In this document: positions 50,101-56,989 of the stretch, piece after piece
Position numbering within the stretch: position 1 is the stretch's first letter
How the letters are laid out: every line of letters begins with the position of its first letter
Notes under the pieces: model-generated
What the model was told of the DNA's origin: nothing
Seen by the model: only the letters and a program-made list of their open reading frames with translations
Database searches by the model: none
Translations under genes and position numbers: made by a program
NCBI RefSeq assembly: GCF_000281045.1
Contig: NW_008246129.1
Coordinates: forward strand, 3,122-60,110
Direction: 5' to 3'
Length of the DNA: 56,989 nt
Source of the DNA: Saprolegnia diclina VS20
Taxonomy: Eukaryota

Positions 50101-53100
50101 CCTGGAACGCCAGTATCGATGCGTACGATGCGTCGCTATGCACCAAAGTCCAGAGCTTGAGCTCTGCGACGACAACCACGTGCAGCTGCACACGCCTCGG
50201 TAGCCTTGAAGTCGTCGTTGTTATGCAAGAAGTGCTCAACTTTGAGCCGCTCAACCCGACCGTGTACCGTGACGACCCGACGTCGTTCGTGCCAGGAGTC
50301 TCGTTGGCGCTGCTTTTGGCCATGTACGCACTTGGCCTCCGGTGGGGCGTCAAGCGCGACGCCTCGGACAAGGAAGCACTCCGCCTCCAACGCCTTGGTA
50401 AGAATAAACAACATTGAAACAAGAAATGACAGTCCTCCGTAGGCAAACTCAGCAAAGCCACGTGGAACGACCTCTTGCGCGCCGAAAACGCCAAGAGCGT
50501 CGACGACATTGCGCCGACGCACCGCGAGTTTGCACCAGTGACGGACGCGTCGACGACGACCCATGCGTTTACTGCCACGTGGCACCCGACGACGGCGCCC
50601 GTAGCATTGGACCCTGTCGTGTCGGAAGAAGCTGTCGTCGATGCCGAGGCCGCGGCACTCGCGTCGATCGCTGTCATCACCGAAGGTACCTCCATCCGTC
50701 TGCTGATGCCAGTGTTGATTGCACGTACCTAGTGGCGCTCTTTGGCACGCTGCGGCTCCAGGCCCAGCATGTGCTCATCCGTCGCGCGCTGCAGGTGCTC
50801 AACCTCTTTCTCTTGCTTGTGGCGGCAGTCTTTCTTGCGATCGGCGTTGATTTCTACGCGTTTCTCGGCAATACGACAGCCAATCCGGTCGTTGCTGTCT
50901 TTGGACCGCCCGTGGGCCTCGGACTACTCGGCTTTGGCATTGCGCTCGTCGTCGTCGCTGCTGCAGGCTTGCTCGCTGCCGTTCGCAACACGTCTGCGCG
51001 GGCACGGATGCTGTACATAGTTCTTTTGCTGCTCGTGTTGGTCGCCGAAACGGTGCTGCTTGCGATTGCGTACAAGCATTTGGAGGACATCACCGACTTT
51101 CCTCGGTCGACGCTGTCGTTTCTGAAGACGCAGTGGGCCGCGCTGAGCGACGAGCTGCGCACGAGTTTGCAAAACGACCTCGGGTGCTGTGGGTTTACCG
51201 CCATCGACGATGCTCCGGCGCTGCCGTGCCCCGACGCGGCGCTTCTATCGCCAACGACAGTTTGTTTTGATGTCCTCACAGCGTCGGCAGTGACGCTCTT
51301 TGGCAACCTCTTTTCTGCGCTCGTCATTGTGCTCGGTGTGCAGGTCGCGGCGCTCGGCCTCGCCAACGTGCTCGTGCGCTGGGAAGCCATTCGTATCGAG
51401 ACCATGGCCAACGGTACACTTCTAGTTGAAAGATTGACAGATGCTTCATCAGTGGGTTTGCTAGGTGTCGCGTCGAAAGCTACGCTGCTCGACGTTGTCT
51501 TGCGCTGCTCTCTGCCCGTGTGCAGCCACTTAAGCGTCTGTGCCATGGTGTTTGGTGTCGTCGCGGGCCTCGACATGCTTCTCCAGTGGGACCTCTTTGC
51601 GTTAGCGTCAATCACGATCTTTGTGCGGCAAGAACTGGGCATTCCCATCACCGTCCTTGCCGCCCTCTACATTGGTACACACTTCGAATCCCAATAGGTT
51701 CTGATTTGAAGCGGTGTAGTTTTGCATGTGTATGGCGCCCCCGCGATTGCGCATCTCCACCGCCGCCGCATGAAGCGCTACGTGGCGTGCCACGTTGTCT
51801 TGCTCGTCGTCGGCGTTGCACTCGTGATTGTCTTGGCGACCGTCAGTGACAACCTCGGCGCGTACTCGAACTTGCAATCGATTCTACAAACACGCTACCT
51901 CGGTCTCCCGGCGCAAAGCAAGCTCGAGCTCGAGACCAACTTGGGCTGCTGCGGCTTCAACGCGACGAGCCAGGGCGCATGCGTGACGCCGACGACAGCG
52001 CCGCTCTGCGCCGAGCCGCTCACCTTTGCGATCCGCCAGTTTGCAACCGTCATGCAGGCACGCCTATCGAGCTACCTCGTCTCGCAGTTTTGCCTCGTCT
52101 TCTTGACGGGCCTCTTTCTCACAATGCAAGCCGATGCGCCTGTTAATGTGGCCGCGTCGCCCAGCACTTCGAGCGCCAACGAGTTTACAGATGCCGCCAA
52201 CCTACTTCTCCAGCGCATTTGCACGCAATTTGTACTGTTTGCGAGTCTGGTCGTGGCGTTTTGCGGCGCGATCCTCGTCGGCGTCGGCGTCGACGTCCTG
52301 CTTGAAACCAATATCGTTGCAATCGCGGCCGTGCTCACGGCCTTTAGCTACTACATTGGCACGTACGTCTGCCTTCTCGGGCTTCTTCTCTGCGCCGGGA
52401 GTGGTCTCGGACTCTACGCGGGGCTCTCGCATGCCCGGCGCTGGCTCTGGCGGTTTGGTGCGCTTCTACTGAGTGCGTGCGTTGCATGCCTCGCGCTCTT
52501 TGCGACGGCGTACCGCGTCCAAAACCCAGTGGCCGCCGGCAACGTCAATGCTACCATGTACCGGACGTGGCAGAGCTTTGTGCCCGCGACGCGCAAGCTC
52601 ATTCAGGACGCCTACAGCTGCTGCGGGTACACAAAGCTCGGTGCATCGACGTTTTCGCTCCCATACACCGTCTCCGAGTGGCACACGGACCCGGTGACGG
52701 GCGGAACGACGACAACGACGACGACGTCGTGCCCGGGCAGCGCCACCGACGGCTGCGGTCCGCACATGCTTCAGACGCTCCAAAATACCGCGCGCGCCGG
52801 TGTCTCGGGAACGGTGTTTTTGGCCACGGTGCTCTTTCTTTTGTTTGTCGCGACCACAGTCCTCTACTACCGCCAGGGCCGGAAGCGCGCGGTGACGTGG
52901 CGCGTTCTTGCGCTTCAGTTTGTCTTTTTGGTTGTGGCGACCGGTGTCGGTCTCGCGCTCCTCGGGCTGGCGCTTCTGGGCATTGACGTGGCTGCTGGTA
53001 CGACCGTGTTTTCGTCGAGCGTCGTGCAGGTGCTCTTCGGCGCCCGTATTGGCGGCGCACTCGTTGCGTCCGTCACGATCGGTCTGGCGTTGACGTCGTA

Positions 53101-56100
53101 CGGAGTCTACGGCGCCATCAACAAGACGCTGCACATCTTTGTCGTGTACCTGGGTCTGACACTTGCGCTTGGCACGGTTGCGTGGAGCTGCACCGGCGTC
53201 GTCGCCACGTGGACGGTCAATGCACAGTGGCAAAACACTTTGGATGCCTACTTGGACACGATTTGGTCCAGTCTGAGCCCCGATGATTGGCTCTTCCTTG
53301 GGTCGAGCCGCAACTGCTGCGGCTATCACGATCCCGTGCTTCTGCCATCGGGAAAACTGCAATTCGATCGCGCCATCTCGTCGGGGACGAACCTGGCGTG
53401 TCCGCCGCTCGCGATAACTGGGTGTCGAACACCGTTACTTTTGGACGCCTCGTCGCTTCTCAACCAGCTCTACAAGCTGCTCGCGGCGTACGCGACGCTG
53501 CAGACGCTTCTCTGGCTCGTTGGCGCCGCACTCCTCCACGGCCTCGTACTCTTGCACCCGGGAACGTGGGTCGCGCTTCGAAAGAAGATGCGGCTTTGGG
53601 TCGCCAAGTACAAGGACGATGTGACGACGACACACCTCGTCGTCTCGCTCTACTACGCCTACGACGCAAAGTTCACGCGGGGTCAGCGCCTTACGTGCGT
53701 CCTCTGTGCCGTCGCTGCGGTCGCTGTCGTGGATGCGGCTGTGTCGAGCCGCCTCGGATGCACCCGCAACGGCCCCGTCCAATGCGAGTCCTTTACGGGT
53801 GGCGAGCTCGTACGTCTTAGCGCCATAGCATTTCGTATGCCCATTGATGTGTCATTAGATGGGCTACGGACTTCTCTACTCGGTCGTGAGTCTCTCGGTG
53901 CAGCTGTGCTTTGCAGCACTCTTTCGGCACGTCAAGCATCGGCAGGACGACGACGACGGCGCCAAAGTCGCCGAGCGTCGACGCAAGGAAAAAGTGTACC
54001 TTCGCGAGGTCCTGCACCACAGCATCCAGGCGATTGCCGCCAAGCTCGGTCAGTTTGCAATGGCGACGTCCGAAGAGCGTTTCTACAGGTACAAAGTGAA
54101 CATTCTCACGTTGCGCGAAACGAACGCGCTCGATTGGTCTAGCTGGCTCGCGGGCCACGTGACGAGGATGACCTTGGTGCTCAGTTGGCTTCGCGTGCTT
54201 TTGGCGGTTGCCATTGGTTGAATCTTCATTGGTGCGCCGCCATTTCTAAAGGTGTTTGCGTAGGTGTGTACATGGGCCTGAGTCAGCTCGGGCTAGGGTT
54301 TTTCATCTACAATGTTTCTGTCCCGGGCACCTTGGGCTTTGCGGCTGTGCCGGCGACGCTCGTGGCAACGACGTTGGTGGTCGCTTTGAGTGGGCTTTTG
54401 AAGCGGCGCAAGCGCTTCACGCGCCATGCGTACGTCATGTACCTCGTCGCGGCGGGTGCCAGTCTCCTCCTCATTGGCTTTCTTGCGACCGTCATTTTCA
54501 TGATCGTGCAAGCCATGGAAGAACCGACCGAGCCGCCCAATTGGACCCAGCGCAACGCGGTCTCGCAGCAACGCGTGTTGACATGGTCCTCACATATGAG
54601 TGTATGATATAGAACTTTAGCGTTGTTGCCAGCATCAAGAGTACCTGGCTCAACGACACCATTGGGTACAACCGACGGATTTGGCAGGCGCAGCTGCGCT
54701 GCTGTGGCCTTCCCGAGTTTCCGCTGCGACCGTGTCCCATGGGCACGACCGAGCTCCAGAACGTCACGGCGCAGCGCGTCGACGGCTCGACAGTGGTCAA
54801 GACCGTCACGATTGTGCACGACCTCGGCGGGTGCCTCAACCCTATCCTCGCACAGATCCAGGGCGTCGCGCAGACCATCATTGGTCTTTTGATTGCCTTG
54901 GCGTACGCTCTTCTGCCTCCATGTTTGACGTTGAAGCGACATTGTTCATAGGGTCTTGGAGCTCTTTTACGCCGCGTGCGCCTACTTTTTAGCCCGCGAT
55001 CTCGTCATCTCGTGGGACTCGCAGCTGCGTCGGGCCTCCATGCAGCCCAAGCTCGAGAGCAATGCAGCTCCCCTCCTGCACGACGAAGCGCCTGCGTCCA
55101 AGACCGCGCCACCGCAGCGCGGTCGGATGCTTTCCAACCTCGTGCAAACGAGCATCAACAATGTGAGCAAATCCGTTGCGCAGCTCCTGTCCAAGACGAA
55201 TGCGTCGCCTGCAACGCGGCCAAAACCTTCGTCGGCGGCGCGCCTCGCACTGCTCAAACTCCAGCTGCGACTGCGGTACCCTGCGTGGATTCCGCGCCTT
55301 ATTTTCGGTCTCGCGCTCCTCTTTGTCGGTGGTGCCTTTGCTGGCACGATCTTATTATGCCTTGCTCTGGCCAATGACGGTGCGTGGCTCTGGCTCGGCG
55401 CGGCGCTCATCTCCCTCTTCCTGCACCTTGTTGTCGTCGAACCGAGCGTGCTCTTTGCGTATGTTGTGTCGCAGACACTCTCGACGTGGTGGAAGTCGTC
55501 GTGGGTGGCGGTGCTCATTGGCGTCGGCCGCGCCATCTTGCACCTCGACGACGCAACGGGCTCGGACGCGCAGACGGCCGCGCTGCTGGACCCGTTCACG
55601 CGCATTCGGCACAACGCGGCAGTCGTCATCCAGCGTCGGTGGGTCGCCAAGCTCTGTCGTATGCGGTACCTCATCATTCTGCGGGTGGCGCGTGAGAACG
55701 AGCACAAGTCGTCGATCGAGGCGCGGCTCCGAACCATCAAAGCAGCCGTCAGCAGCTTTACGCGCGAAGAGACCGAGGCGTTCGCAATGCTCTTCCGCGA
55801 TGCCGACTACGCCAAGACAGGCCTCGTGTCCTACAAGGTACACTGACTCTGCTTTGCGATATATGTCGACGTGATGTCCGTAGGTGGTGTCGCACGCGGT
55901 ACACGCCCTCGGTGTGCAAGTGCCTGCGGCTGTCGTCAAGGAATACCTCGTGAGCTTGGACCCAGGGTTTGTGGAGCTCATTGACATCGACTACTTCTTG
56001 TTCGCCATGTCGTGCATTCGAGGGTATCACCAGGCGCAGCAAGAAGCGCATGCGACGGAAGACGTGATTGTGATTCCGCACGCGTCGTCGCCGGAAGCCA

Positions 56101-56524
56101 AATTCCAAGTCAAGCGCCAAAACATTTTGCGGGAGCTCAAGGATAAACGCGAGTCGGTCTCCAAGCATCTCATGACAAAGGTCCGCTTTGCATTTTTCTT
56201 TGGCTGACAAGTCGATAGGTCGGAAAACTCGCGGCGCAGCTGCACAAGCACGGCGAGTCCCCCAAAGAAGATCAAGACCCGAAACCCTCTGGCGCGTACA
56301 TTTTGCTCAGCTCGAAAAAAGGCACTCGACCGACCAGCGCGTCGCCACGAGGACCAGCCCCGGCAACAGCAGCCGCGCCCGAGGCCGTTCAGGAGCGCAG
56401 TGCGGAAGCCGTCGTCGCACGACCCGACACGCGAGGCCAACTTTCGGTGCGCGCTACCAAAGACATTGAAAAGGCGATGAAGGCCCTAAAGAACAAGCAA
56501 GATGGTAAAAAGCACCGCAAGTAG
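35146..56524 (+). CDS. Giant polycystin-1-like membrane protein: signal peptide, SBBP blades, about 10 Calx-beta-like repeats, DNRLRE-like, F5/8C-fucolectin-like and LamG domains, REJ, EGF, GPS, PKD1-type TM1-5 interrupted by five tetraspanin modules, IQ motif, EF-hands
   Basis: Signal peptide MGWKMTLLGGLAACCGALVNA. The frame is restored at the breaks I checked by about 45-nt introns. REJ motifs LDATGSSG, LNASTSYDPD, VNSPPTPGSMSILP; EGF CVCEKGYSGADC; GPS ACLSWN..C..CSC; five CCG motifs; FTRGQRLTC; IQRRW; FRDADYAKTGLVS; stop at 56522-56524. Estimated length is roughly 6,000-6,500 aa. Confidence 0.82.
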
Positions 56525-56720
56525 ACTTTAATCTGCATGTAAATACGATCTATGTACATGTATATTTGTTCTCTCAACACATAACAATAGTCCTCTCCAG
56601 TGCGCTACCGCGGTGCCACTGACGCATCTGTATGAGCTGATGCAATACTTGGTCTATGGTGAGGTGCAGACTTGTTGATTCGGCAAGCCGAGAAGTTGCT
56701 GTCCTTGTATTTAATTTAGT

Positions 56721-56989
56721 TTACAACACGAGGTTGTGCATATGGTACTCCAACATGGGGGCGTCGTCGACGAGGCTGTCGGCATCTTCGCTCGTCGCAG
56801 CATGAATCTACCCACACGCAATCAGCCAAAGTCAACCACGTAGCGTACCCATGGAAGGACCGCAAAGAGGTGGTCGAGGCTCTCTTGGAACCCAATGGCT
56901 TCGTTAAAGTGCACGACCGACTTGTGCAACGAGAGCGAGTACGAGTGCGCGAGGCGGAAAAAGTTGGGTGAAAATAGCACCGGCACAAT
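56721..56989 (-). CDS. 3' end of a gene entering from the right edge (partial)
   Basis: The open frame IVPVLFSPNFFRLAHSYSLSLHKSVVHFNEAIGFQESLDHLFAVLPW is followed by a GT-AG intron and IHAATSED...HNLVL stop. A further small exon is possible. Confidence 0.55.

Noticed and set aside
35146..56524. Reading the region as many separate genes, or as a stop-ridden pseudogene
   Set aside because: The breaks I checked are bounded by splice signals about 40-55 nt apart that restore the frame, including the critical GPS-TM1 to tetraspanin links near 50398-50442 and 50686-50732. There are no intergenic-sized gaps.

Overview
This is eukaryotic, GC-rich, gene-dense DNA with many short (about 40-55 nt) GT-AG introns and oomycete-type INR+FPR core promoters. 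It is most consistent with a Saprolegniales oomycete (Saprolegnia/Achlya-like); that assignment is an inference. Most entries in the supplied ORF track are single exons or antisense shadows of about 25 real genes. From left to right the window holds: an NSUN/RsmB RNA m5C methyltransferase; a long uncharacterised gene; an accessory patch (4.9-9.0 kb) with a family of small orphan proteins and a Harbinger/Tourist-like foldback MITE; katanin p60; a catalytically degenerate GBP-like protein ending in CaaX; a DUF1765-like protein; a 7TM receptor fused to C2 and inositol polyphosphate 4-phosphatase domains; an Asp/Asn beta-hydroxylase-sulfotransferase fusion; three tandem Cys-rich single-pass membrane proteins; an F-box gene; three tandem mitochondrial-type thioredoxins (two SxxC, one CxxC); and a Zn-finger/MYND/ARM gene. 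The standout is a single gene of about 21.4 kb (35146-56524). It encodes a giant polycystin-1-like receptor (REJ, EGF, GPS, PKD1-type TM1-5) with a bacterial-style adhesin/lectin ectodomain, five complete tetraspanin modules inserted into its cytoplasmic loops, and an IQ + EF-hand tail in place of the channel domain. No rRNA, tRNA or CRISPR array was recognised. All exon joins and domain calls were made by eye; no database was searched.
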